NCBI GenBank assembly: GCA_002269645.1
Contig: NIVC01000841.1
Span: 1 to 64,000 of the forward strand
DNA length: 64,000 nt
Source of the DNA: Macrostomum lignano
Taxonomy: Eukaryota
Direction: 5' to 3'
Position 1 is the stretch's first letter. Every line of letters begins with the position of its first letter. This document shows, one piece after another, positions 48,618 to 63,080 of the stretch. Both the position numbers and the translations under genes were made by a program. Below the pieces are notes generated by a model. The model worked only from the letters and a program-made list of their open reading frames with translations. It was not told where the DNA came from and did no database searches.

Positions 48618-51600
48618 GGATAGATAGAGAGATAGATAGATAGATAGATGATAGATGATAGATAGATAGATAGATAGATGGATAGATAGTTAGATAGATG
48701 GATAGATAGATAGATGGATAGATAGATAGACAGATAGATAGATAGATAGATAGTTAGATAGATGATAGATGATAGATAGATAGATAGATAGATAGATGGA
48801 TAGATAGTTAGATAGATGGATAGATAGATAGATGGATAGATAGATAGATAGATAGATAGATAGACAGATAGATAGACAGATAGATAGAGATAGATAGATA
48901 GCTAGCTAGCTAGCAACACGGTGATATGCACTACAGATGTGGTGAAAAAAATACAATAAAACAGCAGTCGCATTCAAGCCATACATTAAGAAAACTCATT
49001 CTGGAAAAAATATTCCGAAATTCCCTCAGACCACAGCAGCTCACCGCTGATTCCTGGCGCCGGACAGCTCTCGAACAATATCTGCTAGAAGCAGATCGCC
49101 AGACTGCAGACTTTGCTGTTGCGGCTGCGGCTGCATCATCAGCTGCTGGTAGTCGTCTGCTGAAAATGGATCCGCCTGATAGCTCGGCAGCTGGTAGGCA
49201 GGCTGCTGCTGTTGATAATTTCTATTCGCAAGCCTTTGATTAGTTTGACCGTTCCTGCTACTAGTAGCGGCGGCAGCAGCAGCAGAAGCCACAGAGCGCG
49301 GCTCAGCCCAAGTGGCCCGACCAGCAGATGAAGTCCCAGTGAGACTCTGAATATCCTGAGCAGCCTGCCGGATGCAGGAGCTCATCTCTTCCGGGCTGAA
49401 ACTGGTGCCCTGCTGACTAGAGGACTGCTGACCGGCATTTCTGCGAATAAGAAATTATTTCAACTTGCAACTTGCAACAAATATCAACTTATTGAAAAAA
49501 AGAAAACAAAATCATTATTAATTTCCTAAATAACAAATTTCAAGGGAAAAAATTAACCGAAAAGGTAACGACACAGTAAATTTAAACTGTAAAGAAACAC
49601 AATTCTAAGAAAAACACAGTTTCTGGTGCAAATTTAAGAATCGCGTGCAATGAAAACTAACAATTTAAAAGCCTTTGTGAATGAGGAATAAACAACACCA
49701 ATTCTAAGGCAGAGATGACACACACAGATCTGAGGCAGAGATGACACACACACAGATCTGAGGCAGAGATGACACACACAGATCTGAGGCAGAGATGACA
49801 CACACAGATCTGAGGCAGAGATGACACACACAGATCTGAGGCAGACATGACACACACAGATCTGAGGCAGAGATGACACACACACAGATCTGAGGCAGAG
49901 ATGACACACACACAGATCTGAGGCAGAGATGACACACACAGATCTGAGGCAGAGATGACACACACACAGATCTGAGGCAGAGATGACACACACAGATCTG
50001 AGGCAGAGATGACACACACACAGATCTGAGGCAGAGATGACACACACAGATCTGAGGCAGAGATGACACACACAGATCTGAGGCAGAGATGACACACACA
50101 CAGATCTGAGGCAGAGATGACACACACACAGATCTGAGGCAGAGATGACACACACAGATCTGAGGCAGAGATGACACACACACAGATCTGAGGCAGAGAT
50201 GACACACACAGATCTGAGGCAGAGATGACACACACAGATCTGAGGCAGAGATGACACACACAGATCTGAGGCAGAGATGACACACACAGATCTGAGGCAG
50301 ACATGACACACACAGATCTGAGGCAGAGATGACACACACACAGATCTGAGGCAGAGATGACACACACAGATCTGAGGCAGAGATGACACACAGATCTGAG
50401 GCAGAGATGACACACACAGATCTGAGGCAGAGATGACACACAGATCTGAGGCAGAGATGACACACACAGATCTGAGGCAGAGATGACACACACAGATCTG
50501 AGGCAGAGATGACACACACAGATCTGAGGCAGAGATGACACACACAGATCTGAGGCAGAGATGACACACACAGATCTGAGGCAGAGATGACATGCCAAAA
50601 CCAAGAGTAAATTATTAATTATATTCATAAGCCGAAAGCTAAAAAAGCAAGTTGTGTGCAAGTGAGAATGCATGCAGAGGGCTGTATATGGATCTGCACA
50701 ATTGAAGCTCCAGATCGATAGCTAGCTGCATTAACCGGAATTTTATCGCTAGCCCCTACCTATTTGTACCATCCAAACCAGCACAACGAGCCGCAGACAC
50801 CGAGGGTCGCCTCATTGAAGCAAATAAAAATGACCTTCTGTCGTATAAAAGTGTCCAAGCGGATTTGATAAAAATTAATTAGTTGTTCAAATAAAACAGT
50901 GCATATGCTAGTTTACTAAGTAGCATATGCCTATGGAGCGATTTTATTAGCTAAGGTTGAAATCAATTCACTGGGGTATCTTATTGGTTATAATGTGTAA
51001 TGAGCATGCTTGCACCCAACACAAATGTGCTAACTAATAGAACAATGCATATAAGTAGTGTGAAACGAAAATAAAATTTAGAATACTCAAGTTTTAAATC
51101 AAATATAAAAATAACTAATTTCTTGCAAATCTTCAGCTACTCGTACTTATAACAGACTTAACTACTAAATAAGTGAAAATGCAATTTATTGAAACAAAAT
51201 TGTTGTGTTTCAATGTAAAACAAAGCAGAGTTCAAGTATGAAATTAAATATAAACTATATTTAATATTTATACTATATTTTACATTTTATATAAAATATA
51301 AAATGTCCATTAAAATGGGAGAATTCCTCACCTAAAATATCCCTTAAAATGGGAGAATTCCTCACCTAAAATATCCCTTAAAATGGGAGAATTCCTCACC
51401 TAAAATATCCCTTAAAATGGGAGAATTCCTCACCTAAAATGTCCCATAAAATGGGAGAATTCCTCACCTAAAATGTCCCTTAAAATGGGAGAATTCCTCA
51501 CCTAAAATGTCCCATAAAATGGGAGAATTCCTCACCTAAAATATCCCTTAAAATGGGAGAATTCCTCACCTAAAATGTCCCTTAAAATGGGAAAATTCCT

Positions 51601-54600
51601 CACCTAAAATGTCCTTTAAAATCGGAGAATTCCTTGCTCAAAATATCATTTGAAAATGGGAGACTTCCTCGCTCAAAATATTCAGCAAAATACTCACCGT
51701 CCAGTCCCAGAAGCGGTGGCGGCAGTTCCTAGACTGCCTCGACGCTGTTGCTGTTGCAAGCCGGCAGCGGTAGCCGACGCCTCCTGCTGATTGGCCACCA
51801 CCTCAGCCACTCTTTGCTGCATCGGGCCAGCTAGCGATTGCAGTATGTTAGCAAACGAATCGTTGTTTAATCTGGCCAAACCAGCTAGCAGCATCTGAGA
51901 GTAACGGCGCAGATCAGCAGACCTTGGCTCTCGTGTTAAAGCTGCTAGCCTCGCTACAACCGCTTTGGTGTCCGCGTTCGACTGCAGGGCGTGCGACGGC
52001 AAGTCTGGCAGTGACATCAGCAGGTGCTGCAGCACTGCTAATTGCACCTGGTGGGTGAAGTTTTTTGAATCAAACAAAAATTATATTGATTTTATACTAC
52101 CGATATTAATCTCATTAATACTTCATCTTAAAAATTGGTGACGGGTGGCCTTTTAAACTAGAGGACCATCTAGAGTGATGGGCGGCCTTTCAAAATAGAG
52201 GACCATCTAGAGTGATGGGCGGCCTTTTAAAATAGAGGACCATCTAGAGTGATGGGCGGCCTTTCAAAATAGAGGACCATCTAGAGTGATGGGCGGCCTT
52301 TCAAAATAGAGGACCATCTAGAGTGATGGGCGGCCTTTCAAAATAGAGGACCATCTAGAGTGATGGGTGGCCTTTCAAAATAGAGGACCATCTAAAGTGA
52401 TGGGCGGCCTTTCAAAATAGAGGACCATTTAGAGTGATGGGTGGCCTTTCAAAATAGAGGACCATCTAAAGTGATGGGCGTCCTTTCAAAATAGAGGACC
52501 ATCTAGAGTGATGGGCGTCCTTTCAAAATAGAGGACCATCTAGAGTGATGGGTGGCCTTTCAAAATAGAGGACCATCTAGAGTGATGGGCGGCCTTTTAA
52601 AATAGAGGACCATCTAGAGTGATGGGCGGCCTTTCAAAATAGAGGACCATCTAGAGTGATGGGCGTCCTTTCAAAATAGAGGACCATCTAGAGTGATGGG
52701 CGTCCTTTCAAAATAGAGGACCATCTAGAGTGATGGGTGGCCTTTCAAAATAGAGGACCATCTAAAGTGATGGGCGGCCTTTCAAAATAGAGGACCATTT
52801 AGAGTGATGGGTGGCCTTTCAAAATAGAGGACCATCTAAAGTGATGGGCGTCCTTTCAAAATAGAGGACCATCTAGAGTGATGGGCGTCCTTTCAAAATA
52901 GAGGACCATCTAGAGTGATGGGCGGCCTTTCAAAATAGAGGACCATCTAGAGTGATGGGTGGCCTTCCAAAATAGAGGACCATCTAGAGTGATGGGCGGC
53001 CTTAGCAGCTATTAATAAAAGGACCATCGAAGATGACGCATTGATCATCAATAAATGTGGATTATAAAAGCAAACAGATAAATTATAAAATAATAATCTA
53101 TTAAATACCTTAGGCAAAGTCTGCAGCCATTGATCGCACACAGACCTAAGCAGTTGTTGGAACTGCAATTCCGGTGGAAATGCCATTCGGACACGTTCCA
53201 GAGCGGCTTGTACTCGGCTTTGCTGACTAGTTAGCGTCTCGGTTGCTAAGCGACCAACCAGCCGCATCTGCAGCGTGTACAACCAGTCGTGCAGTTCGGC
53301 ATGAAATTTAGTAACAAATTCGCCAAGAGCTTCGAGAAAGAATTGCGTCACCCGGCCGTTGGTTTCGCCGAATAGGCGAGTAAAGATGTCGCAAATTTTT
53401 CGAACTTCGGCCGAGTTTAAACGACACGAATCGCGGCTGAGGTAGCTGGTCAGGCTGGCTAGGCCATCGCGGCGTTGGCTCCAGTCTCGAGACTCCAACT
53501 GCTTGATGATGTCCGCGATGTTCTGCGGCGATGGAGATGGTGGCGGAATGGAAAATTAGGGGGCGGATGACTGACGGATGAAGGGGCGGACGAGTGACGG
53601 ATGAAGGGGCGGACGATTGACGGATGAAGGGGCGGACGATTGACGGATGAAGGGGCGGACGAGTGACGGATGAAGGGGCGGATGACTGACGGATGAAGGG
53701 GCGGATGACTGACGGATGAAGGGGCGGATGACTGACGGATGAAGGGGCGGATGACTGACGGATGAAGGGGCGGACGAGTGACGGATGAAGGGGCGGATGA
53801 CGGACGGATGAAGGGGCGGATGATTGACGGATGACTGACGGATGAAGGGGCGGATGACTGACGGATGAAGGGGCGGATGATTGACGGATGAAGGGGCGGA
53901 TGACTGACGGATGAAGGGGCGGATGACTGACGGATGAAGGGGCGGATGACTGACGGATGAAGGGGCGGATGACTGACGGATGAAGGGGCGGATGACTGAC
54001 GGATGAAGGGGCGGATGACTGACGGATGAAGGGGCGGATGACTGACGGATGAAGGGGCGGATGACTGACGGATGAAGGGGCGGACGAGTGACGGATGAAG
54101 GGGCGGATGACGGACGGATGAAGGGGCGGATGACTGACGGATGAAGGGGCGGATGACTGACGGATGAAGGGGCGGATGACTGACGGATGAAGGGGCGGAC
54201 GAGTGACGGATGAAGGGGCGGACGAGTGACGGATGAAGGGGCGGATGACTGACGGATGAAGGGGCGGATGACTGACGGATGAAGGGGCGGATGATTGACG
54301 GATGAAGGGGCGGATGACTGGAGGATAAAGGGGCGGATGGCTGGAGGATGAAGGGGCGGATGACTGACGGATGAAGGGGGCGGATGACTGGAGGATAAAG
54401 GGGCGGATGACTGGAGGATGAAGGGGCAGATGACTGGAGGATGAAGGGGCGGATGACTGGAGGATAAAGGGGCGGATGATTGGAGGATAACTAGGTAGCT
54501 TTTGGTGCAGGTAATACAATAGTTATTCTAGTGAATGACGACACAAATTTGGTACAACATGCATGAATACCAGATTGCCTTACAAAGATATTCGAAAACA

Positions 54601-57600
54601 ACTAATAAGCACGATACACTACTCATACAGAATCTACACTATTTTCCAAACCGAAGTAACTAATATAGTTTGGAACACTTGTTTTTTATTACAGAAGATA
54701 CCTGCACTGAGGTGATGTTCGTTGAATGATTGTTGCATTGTGTTTGACCATTGCTGACAGCGTCAGACTTTCCAGCATCTGACTCTGTCGCCTTAATTAT
54801 AGAGTAAAGTTTTCAATTATATAATTAATTTATATTACCTGATGATCAACTTTTCATGCTCAGGGCCGTGTAAGAAAAATCAAGAGGGATTGCTCTCAGA
54901 TTCTCATAGAGAGATCGGGGGAATTGCTCTCAGATTCTCATAGAGAGATCGGGGGGAATTGCTCTCAGATTCTCATAGGGAGATCAAGGGGAATTGCTCT
55001 CAGATTCTCATAGGGAGATCGGGGGAATTGCTCTCAGATTCTCATAGGGAGATCGGGGGAATTGCTCTCAGATTCTCATAGGGAGATCGGGGGAATTGCT
55101 CTCAGATTCTCATAGGGAGATCGGGGGGAATTGCTCTCAGATTCTCATAGGGAGATCGGGGGGCATTGCTCTCAGATTCTCATAGGGAGATCAAGAGGAA
55201 CTGCTATCAGATTCTCATAGGGAGATCAAGGGGAATTTTATAACTTGTTTATCATGCTTAGAATCACGTAAATATTAAATAGAAAATCAAATACTTACGA
55301 AAAAACGGATTAACATACTCGGGATTTCAAATAACATCAAAGGCATGCGATAAGCAGAATCGGTCGTGCAGAAATTACTATATACAAAAATTATCATTTG
55401 GTTGAGGAAATTTTCGAGCTAATTAAAAATTGTAATATAAACATTGATCGCTTCATTCGAAAGTTAATGCAATTACATAGCAGCATTCCGCCACCTCGTG
55501 TGTGTGTGTGAGTATGTGCGCACGATTTTATTATAATACCTTGCTAATACGGGCAACGAATCTCCGTCCAGTATAGCAGCTCTGCGATTTCAAAATAATA
55601 TGTAATATGCTTGCAGATTTTATTGGTTTATCAATATTGAACCCTGACTCTTTCATTCTTCCCAATTCCCTAATCCCCATCATAGATTCTTCCCGATTTC
55701 CTCATCCCCATCAAAGATTCTCCCAATTCTTTAATCTAACATCATAGATTCTTCCCAATTCCCTAATCCCCATCATAGATTCTTCCCGATTCCCTAATCC
55801 CCATCATAGATTCTTCCCAATTCCCTAATCCCCATCAAAGATTCTCCAAATTCCATAATCCCCATCATAGGTTCTTCCCAATTCCCTAATCCCCGTCATA
55901 GATTCTCCCAATTCCCTAATCCCCATCATAGATTCTTTCCAATTCCCTAATCCCCATCATAGATTCTTCCCAATTCCTTAATCCCCATCATAGATTCTTC
56001 CCAATTCCCTAATTCCCATCATAGATTCTTCCCAATTCCCTAATCCCCATCATAGATTCTTCCCAATTCCCTAATTCCCATCATAGATTCTCCCAATTCC
56101 CTAATCCCCATCATAGATTCTTTCCAATTCCCTAATCCCCATCATAGATTCTTCCCAATTCCCTAATCTCCATCATAGATTCTTCCCAATTCCCTAATTC
56201 CCATCATAGATTCTTCCCAATTCCCTAATCCCCATCATAGATTCTTCCCAATTCCCTAATTCCCATCATAGATTCTTCCCAATTCTCTAATCCCCGTCAT
56301 AGATTCTTCCTAATTCCCTAATCCCCATCATAGATTCTTCCCGATTGTCTAATCTCATATCATAGAGAATTTTTAATTCCCGTAATCCCACATCATAGAA
56401 ACTTCCCGATTCCCTAATCCCACATAATAGAAACTTCCCAAATCCCAAATCTCACATTATTGAAACTTCCCAATTCCCTAATCCCACATTCAAAAACTTC
56501 CCAATTCCTTAATCCCACATCATAAATTCTTTTCAGTCCTCTAATCCCAAATCATAGATTCTTCCCGACTCCCCAATCCCCACATAATAAAATCTTCCCA
56601 ATTCCCTAAACCCACATGAAAGAAATCCCAATTTCTTAACCCCACACCCGGAACTCACATTAAAGGACTTATAAGAGCTATCCGAACAAACAGACGAAGT
56701 CTCGCTGGCCTCCTCGCCACCGCCATTAGCCGAAGCTCTGGCCAGTTTGTACTGCAACGCTTCAGCTAGAGCGCTCTGTGCGGCGGCGTCATTCTCGCTG
56801 CCAGAAGCTCGCCGGCTGGCAGAGGACGCGCCAGTTCTGTAGGTGCCACCGCCGCTATTCACCAGAGCGGCTGTTCGAGCACCTTGCGACTGGCGTCTCA
56901 AGCTGCTCATACCGCCAGAGCCAGACGAAGGGACGGGGATGCCGCTGCCGCCGCGGCCCGGGGAAGCTTCCCTACTAGCGCCCTGGGATCTGGGACCCTT
57001 GGGTCGGCTGGGAGTCACACGCTGCTGCTGATATTGGTAAGGCAGCTGTTGCTGTTGTTTCTGCTGCTGCTGCTGCTGCATCTGCTGCTGCTGCTGCTGA
57101 TAAGTCAAATAACTGTAACGAGAGGAAGGCGAAGCTTCGCGACTAGCGGGAGTCGATTGACTGACGGTTGATCCTCCAGTCTTTGTTGCCGTTCGGCCTC
57201 GCTGCTGCTGTTGCTGCTGCTGACCGAGTCGGAGTGTCCGAGCAGACGGAGCTAGAACTCGACCAGCGCCTGCGGTTGCCGCGGTCATCAAGCTGTTGTG
57301 ATCGCTGGTTGATCTGGGCAGGCCAGTTGTGCCAGTAGTGGCTGAGAGAGGCTTGCCTGCAGCTTTAGGCAGGGCCGAGGTGGCTGCCGAACCTGTACAG
57401 TTTGGTTAGCTGGCTGTAATAGGCTGTATAGTAATTGATTTTACTGTCATGCTGTAAACAGAGCCTGTACCTATAGCTACCATGCTGTAAAGAGAGCTTG
57501 TAACTAGCTGTCATGATGTAAAGAGAGTCTGTATCTAGCTGTCATGCTGTAAACAGAGCCTGTACCTATAGCTACCATGCTGTAAAGAGAGCTTGTAACT

Positions 57601-60600
57601 AGCTGTCATGATGTAAAGAGAGTCTGTATCTAGCTGTCATGCTGTAAAGAGAGCCTGTATCTAGCTGTCATGCTGTAAAGAGAGTCTGTATCTAGCTGTC
57701 ATGCTGTAAAGAGAGCCTGTATCTAGCTGTCATGCTGTAAAGAGAGCCTGTATCTGACTGTCACGTTGCAAAGAGAGCCTGTATCTAGCTGTCATGATGT
57801 AAAAAGAGTCTGTATCTAGCTGTCATGCTGTAAAGAGAGCCTGTAACTAGCTCTGGCTGTCATGCTGTAAGTAAAGAGAGCCTGTATCTAGCTGTCATGC
57901 TGTAAAGAGTGCCAGTATCTAGCTGTCATGCTGTAAAGAGAGCCTGTATCTGACTGTCACGTTGCAAAGAGAGCCTGTATCTAGCTGTCATGCTGTAAAG
58001 AGAGCATGTATCTGACTGTCACGTTGCAAAGAGAGCCTGCATCTAGCTGCCATGCTGTAAAGAGAGCCTGTATCTGTGTACCATCCTGTAAAGTTCTGTA
58101 AGCATAGCATTTCTGTAAAGTACTTTAAGCATAGCCTGTACTTATCTGTGATGCTGTAACGGTCTTTAACCACAGCCTGTATTAGCCTGTCTCAAGCCAG
58201 TAAGCTCAACAAAAAGACACAGCCTAAGCAGCAGCCATCTGTCTCTCACCCATAGCAGGTCCGGTAGAACCAGGCCTATCCTTCTCGACAGCTTGTCTGG
58301 TTTTCGCGTCTAAAGTCTTCAACAATTGCTCGGCCGGGTCGCGAAACGTAGCCCAATAGAGCCAGAAAGCTCGCCGAGAATGCGCCCGACCTTCTTGATC
58401 GGCGTCGACAAGGCCTCTACGAAATACGTCAGCGAAGGCTGTCACCTGTTTCTCCAGATAAGCCGCCGGCCAGTTGGCAAACAATATGGCAAGGAATTCG
58501 TATAAATATCTGCGCTGTATAGCTGACTTAGACTGCGAGAACTGGCACAGTATTGGCAATAGTCTCGGCGCGTGGCTGTTGCGCAATAGCAGCCGGGTAG
58601 CAACTATACCGCTAGTGCTAATCACCTTGGTACTGTTGGCAATGAGCGACAGCAGAGACTCCAGCACACTCTCGGCAAAGTGATCGAATTTGTTGCCCAG
58701 CTCGCGAGACAAATGCGCTACCGTAATGCAAGCTTCTCGAACTACCAAAGAGCGCAGATCTGTTACGCAAGTACGAAACGGCACTTCCAGAGCGCGCAGT
58801 CCCGGCGCAAACTCGTCATATTCAGCGCCGCCAGCTAAAACCAAAGAGCGAAGCTGTTTTAAACATTCCACACGTTTCTCCCAGTCTTCAACGTTGCCGG
58901 ATAGAATCTCTCGAGCTCTGGACAGGTGCTCAGTGACGTCACGACCGTTGGAGATCTGACCAAACAGGTGGAATGGGGTTTGATAGATGCCTAATTACCT
59001 CTTCTCAATAACATTTTTAACTTTGAGTTTGATTGCTACTGTCTCTACTCTAAATACGCTCCCTATCTCTACTCCAAATACCCCTCCTACCTCTGCTCCA
59101 AATACCCCTCCTACATCTACTCCAAATACTCCTCCTACCTCTACTCCAAATACCCCCCCCTACATCTACTCCAAATACCCCTCCTACATCTACTCCAAAT
59201 ACCCCTCCTACCTCTGCTCCAAATACCCCTCCTACCTCTGCTCCAAATACCCCTCCTACCTCTGCTCCAAATAACCCTCCTACCTCTGCTCCAAATACCC
59301 CTCCTACATCTACTCCAAATACTCCTCCTACCTCTACTCCAAATACCCCTCCTACCTCTACTCCAAATACCCCTCCTACCTCTACTCCAAATACCCCTCC
59401 TACCTCTGCTCCAAATACCCCTCCTACCTCTGCTCCAAATACCCCTCCTACCTCTGCTCCAAATACCCCTCCTACCTCTGCTCCAAATACCCCTCCTACC
59501 TCTGCTCCAAATACCCCTCCTACCTCTGCTCCAAATACCCCTCCTACCTCTACTCCAAATACCCCTCCTACCTCTGCTCCAAATACCCCTCCTACCTCTG
59601 CTCCAAATACCCCTCCTACCTCTGCTCCAAATACCCCTCCTACCTCTGCTCCAAATACCCCTCCTACCTCTGCTCCAAATACCCCTCCTACCTCTGCTCC
59701 AAATACCCCTCCTACCTCTACTCCAAATACCCCTCCTACCTCTGCTCCAAATACCCCTCCTACCTCTGCTTCAAATACCTATCTCTTACTCTACATAATC
59801 AATATTGTGTTGTTCCTTTTTTCGAAATGCTAAACTTCGTCAAAAAGCAGCAGTTGAATAAGTTACTCACGTGGATTCTAGGCACCTGCTCAAAAGCATT
59901 TAGAAACGTCTCTTCATCAACAGCCCCGACTCCTAAAATAGAAGGTTCAGATAATTAATAAAAATAGACATTAATAACTAGCAGATAACGCGATGCGTCC
60001 AAGAGAGTAACGACTTTTCAAGAAAGAGAGAAAATCACAAATATACCAAGAAGGAACCAAAAAATCGAAAGGTAATTCGGTTCCTGAAACTAAAAAAGTA
60101 CAACAGTTTTATTGAGTGATACACTTCTGTTTATGAAACCCGAACAATATGCTATAAATGTATATTGTCTGGACTTGACAACACTTCAAAATTTCAAAGT
60201 GTACTTTAACCCGTAGACGAGCTTTATCATTGATCGAGTGCTTGTGTACTTTAACCCGTAGACGAGCTTTATCATTGATCGGGTGCTTGTGTACTTTAAC
60301 CCGTAGACGAGCTTTAGCAATGATCGAGTGCTTGTGTACTTTAACCCGTAGACGAGCTTTATCATTGATCGGGTGCTTGTGTACTTTAACCCGTAGACGA
60401 GCTTTAGCATTGATCGAGTGCTTGTGTAATTTAACCCGTAGACGAGCTTTATCATTGATCGAGTGCTTGTGTACTTTAACCCATAGACGAGCTTTATCAT
60501 TGATCGGGTGCTTGTGTACTTTAACCCGTAGACGAGCTTTAGCATTGATCGGGTGCTTGTTTACTTTAACCCAGAGACAAGCTTTATCATTGATCGGGTG

Positions 60601-63080
60601 CTTGTGTACTTTTAACTCGACTGTGAATGGTGAAATGCTTGTGTACTTTTGTAGTAAAACAAGTACACGAAGGTTTTCTATGTGTAAAGAAACACATAAG
60701 TTTTTTTCAAATTTTGAAAACACCTGAATATGTAAACATACACTACTTGTGGCAGGTAATTAAAGGCACATTGATAGGATTCATTTGACCAATACAAGAC
60801 AATGAAGGAAGGCAATAGACTAGTAACGGAAAGCAAGCGCTGTGTAGTACTATAAATAATACTATATCGGTGTACTTCAACAAGGTATTAATTAATCTAA
60901 TTAGTTAAACAGCTACCTGCAGAGCCAATCCTTGGCCTCGGCGGTTTGGCACTGAGACCAAAACTGCTAACAACGTCGGATTTAACTAGATAGAATTTTA
61001 TAATTCGTAAAACGATATGTATCGTTAGTTAGTTATTAATATTTTAGAAGAAACAAATTACCACCGGTACTTAAAACATTTGCCACAAAAATAAAAGTAC
61101 ATTGAGAAAGTTACCGAATAACCTTGTTATAAACAATAAAAACGATTTAAGGAGAGAACAAATTAATCGCCACACTTTTTACAATCTAATTAATGTTTTC
61201 CTACCAAAACCGTATCGATCAAAGCATTTCCAGTCTAGCGAGCTTAGTGCGTCTTCCATTTTTATGCAAGTTGCGTAAAATTATAAGTTATTATTAGTTT
61301 TATTTTAAATATAATCAACTCAAACTTTGTTATACACGGCAACATTAAAATGGTTGACGTACACAAGTCAAAATTGCAAAGGGTGTACAGAAGACACCCT
61401 CTATCCGGCCCTCGGGTCCTATCAAACTTAATGACAATAGCAATCCAGCCCCGCTCAGGGTTTGTGTCTCTTCTCAGCTCTATTCTCTCTCCTCTCTCCA
61501 AATCCTCTCACATTGCCTCCCTCATCTGGCCGGCAGCCATGAGCTGATTACTTCAAAGAGCAGTCTGATAAAACCCATAAACCCCCAATCCCTGATGCCT
61601 CCCCCAACGGGGGGGGGGCGCTGATAGCTAGTCCTATATACTAAAAATGATTTGTCTCATTTCCATAGATATCTATTTATATGCGATTGATTTTAGCAAA
61701 AAAATGGCTCAATGGATTTTCTACATCATTAAGCAAAAATTTGAGCATATGGCATACAATAAGTAATAATAAAGCTCTATGGGTCCCTAAGGTTTACTAT
61801 TATTGTGTCCATGCAATTAGACTATTGTTTACATTTTATGAAATAATTATAACTGAACTTACCGCCAGCAACGCCTCTACTTGTATTAGTATAATTTCCT
61901 TGAGGCTTTTTAAGCTGCTGAGCGCCAGGCATAGCAGTGGACGCTTTAGTCTTGCTCATGTGTTTAAGCTGCTCAGGCGTGGCTGCAAGCGCAACAGTTA
62001 ATTTGATATTAAAATTGAGACAATAAAAATATTATGATGCTAAGGATATTACTGAATATTAGCATTTAGTGTGTGAAGTAGCTGAATTAGGATGAAAAAT
62101 AAGCAAATTTAAGAGAATTTTATGGTACCAAAATGATAAAACTTGAGTTCTATTGTTTTTTATAAAAATAAGTTCTAAGGTTCTTCTTTCATGATGTTCA
62201 GGGAATTTGTGACAGATTAGTGATCTATAAGATGAGTGTGGTTTAGACTTGTGACACATTGAGGCCTATGAGATAAGAGTGGTTTGAGATGAGATGAGAT
62301 AAGAGCAGTTTGAACTTGTGACGGATTAGTAATCTATGAGATGAGAGTGGTTTGATCTTGTGACTTCTTGTGACTTGTGATTTCTTTTTATTTGTATATC
62401 TTTTATCTCTTTTCTTTTATCTTACTTCTCCCATTCTTACTTTCTTTTTTCTTTGTCTATCATCCTTTCTCTCCTCTTTTCTCTCTCCTTTCTCCTTTTT
62501 CCACTTTGATTTTCTCTCCTCTCTTCTCTTGCTTTTTTCTCCTTTCTTTTCTCTCCCCTCCTATCTTTCTTCCCTTTCTTGTCTTCCCTATTCTCTCCCT
62601 CTTCTCAATGCCCTCTTTTCTTCTCTTTTTTCGTCTGTCTCTTCTTTCCTTTCTCCTTTCTACTCACTTTTTTCTCCCCTTTTTAGTTCATTCTCCTCTT
62701 GCTTCACATAGAGCAAACCTATGATAGCCAATAGTTAGTAAATTTAAAAACCCCTTTATATTAGCCAGATATAGTTAGAGGTTAGGGCAGTTGATATGCT
62801 AACAGGAGTAGTCATACATGCCCAACCTCAAAATTTCCCCTGTCTGGTGTGACTTAGTTCCTCCTGATTGCAACTTAGTTCCTCTTGATTGCGACTTATT
62901 TTCCCTGATTGCAACTTAATCTTCACTTTGTATGACATTTCTTGCCTTTTCTCTTTTATTCTCTTTCCCCCCCTCTTTTCTCCTTCCTTTTTTCCCTTTT
63001 CTTTTCCTTTCCTTTCTTCTTTCCCCAATTTTTCCTTTTTTGCGTTTTTGATTTTGCGACTTACCTTGGCCAGTGGCCAT
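45120..63080 (-). CDS. CLASP: CLIP-associating protein (CLASP/Orbit/Mast), about 1174 aa as modelled: TOG2, S/R-rich linker, TOG3, CLIP-interacting domain
   Basis: complement(join(45120-45650,46254-46380,49045-49440,51698-52047,53109-53522,56659-57392,58250-58955,59871-59932,60917-60985,61863-61982,63065-63080)), all phase-compatible. Motifs: [92 protein letters not shown]. The start exon is less certain. Confidence 0.93.
45705..46065. repeat. 29-bp minisatellite containing GTAAACA and TGTCA
   Basis: Unit GTCAGACAAGAGATGTCAGTAAACAGGAT. Confidence 0.9.
46645..47640. repeat. 20-bp minisatellite with GGCGCC and GAAGCCAC variants
   Basis: Alternating CTGTCTCTTGGTGGGCGCCC and CT(A/G)TCTCTTGGTAGAAGCCA units. 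Confidence 0.95.
48290..48900. repeat. (GATA)n microsatellite
   Basis: Long near-perfect run. Confidence 0.97.
49705..50592. repeat. 25-29-bp minisatellite CAGATCTGAGGCAGAGATGA(CA)n
   Basis: Unit length varies with the number of CA dinucleotides. Confidence 0.95.
51305..51665. repeat. 34-bp minisatellite AAAATGGGAGAATTCCTCACCTAAAAT(A/G)TCCCTT
   Basis: About 10 copies. Confidence 0.92.
52145..53005. repeat. ~37-bp minisatellite CTTTCAAAATAGAGGACCATCTAGAGTGATGGGCGGC
   Basis: About 23 copies. Confidence 0.93.
53560..54490. repeat. 23-bp minisatellite GACGGATGAAGGGGCGGATGACT
   Basis: About 40 copies. Confidence 0.95.
54885..55230. repeat. ~33-bp minisatellite GGGGAATTGCTCTCAGATTCTCATAGGGAGATC
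   Basis: About 10 copies. Confidence 0.92.
55660..56640. repeat. ~31-bp minisatellite ATTCTTCCCAATTCCCTAATCCCCATCATAG
   Basis: About 30 copies, decaying up to the CLASP donor at 56658. Confidence 0.93.
57440..58080. repeat. 31-bp minisatellite TCTAGCTGTCATGCTGTAAAGAGAGCCTGTA
   Basis: About 20 copies. Confidence 0.92.
59045..59775. repeat. 24-bp minisatellite CTCCAAATACCCCTCCTACCTCT(G/A)
   Basis: About 30 copies. Confidence 0.95.
60200..60612. repeat. ~51-bp minisatellite GTGTACTTTAACCCGTAGACGAGCTTTATCATTGATCG(A/G)GTGCTT
   Basis: About 8 copies; unit length estimated by eye. Confidence 0.9.
62370..63050. repeat. Pyrimidine-rich (CT/T) low-complexity tracts
   Basis: Two CT-rich stretches in a CLASP intron. 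Confidence 0.8.

Noticed and set aside
49634-54519. Cys-rich and Pro-rich long ORFs (49634-50673, 53308-54519)
   Set aside because: Minisatellite translations in CLASP introns.
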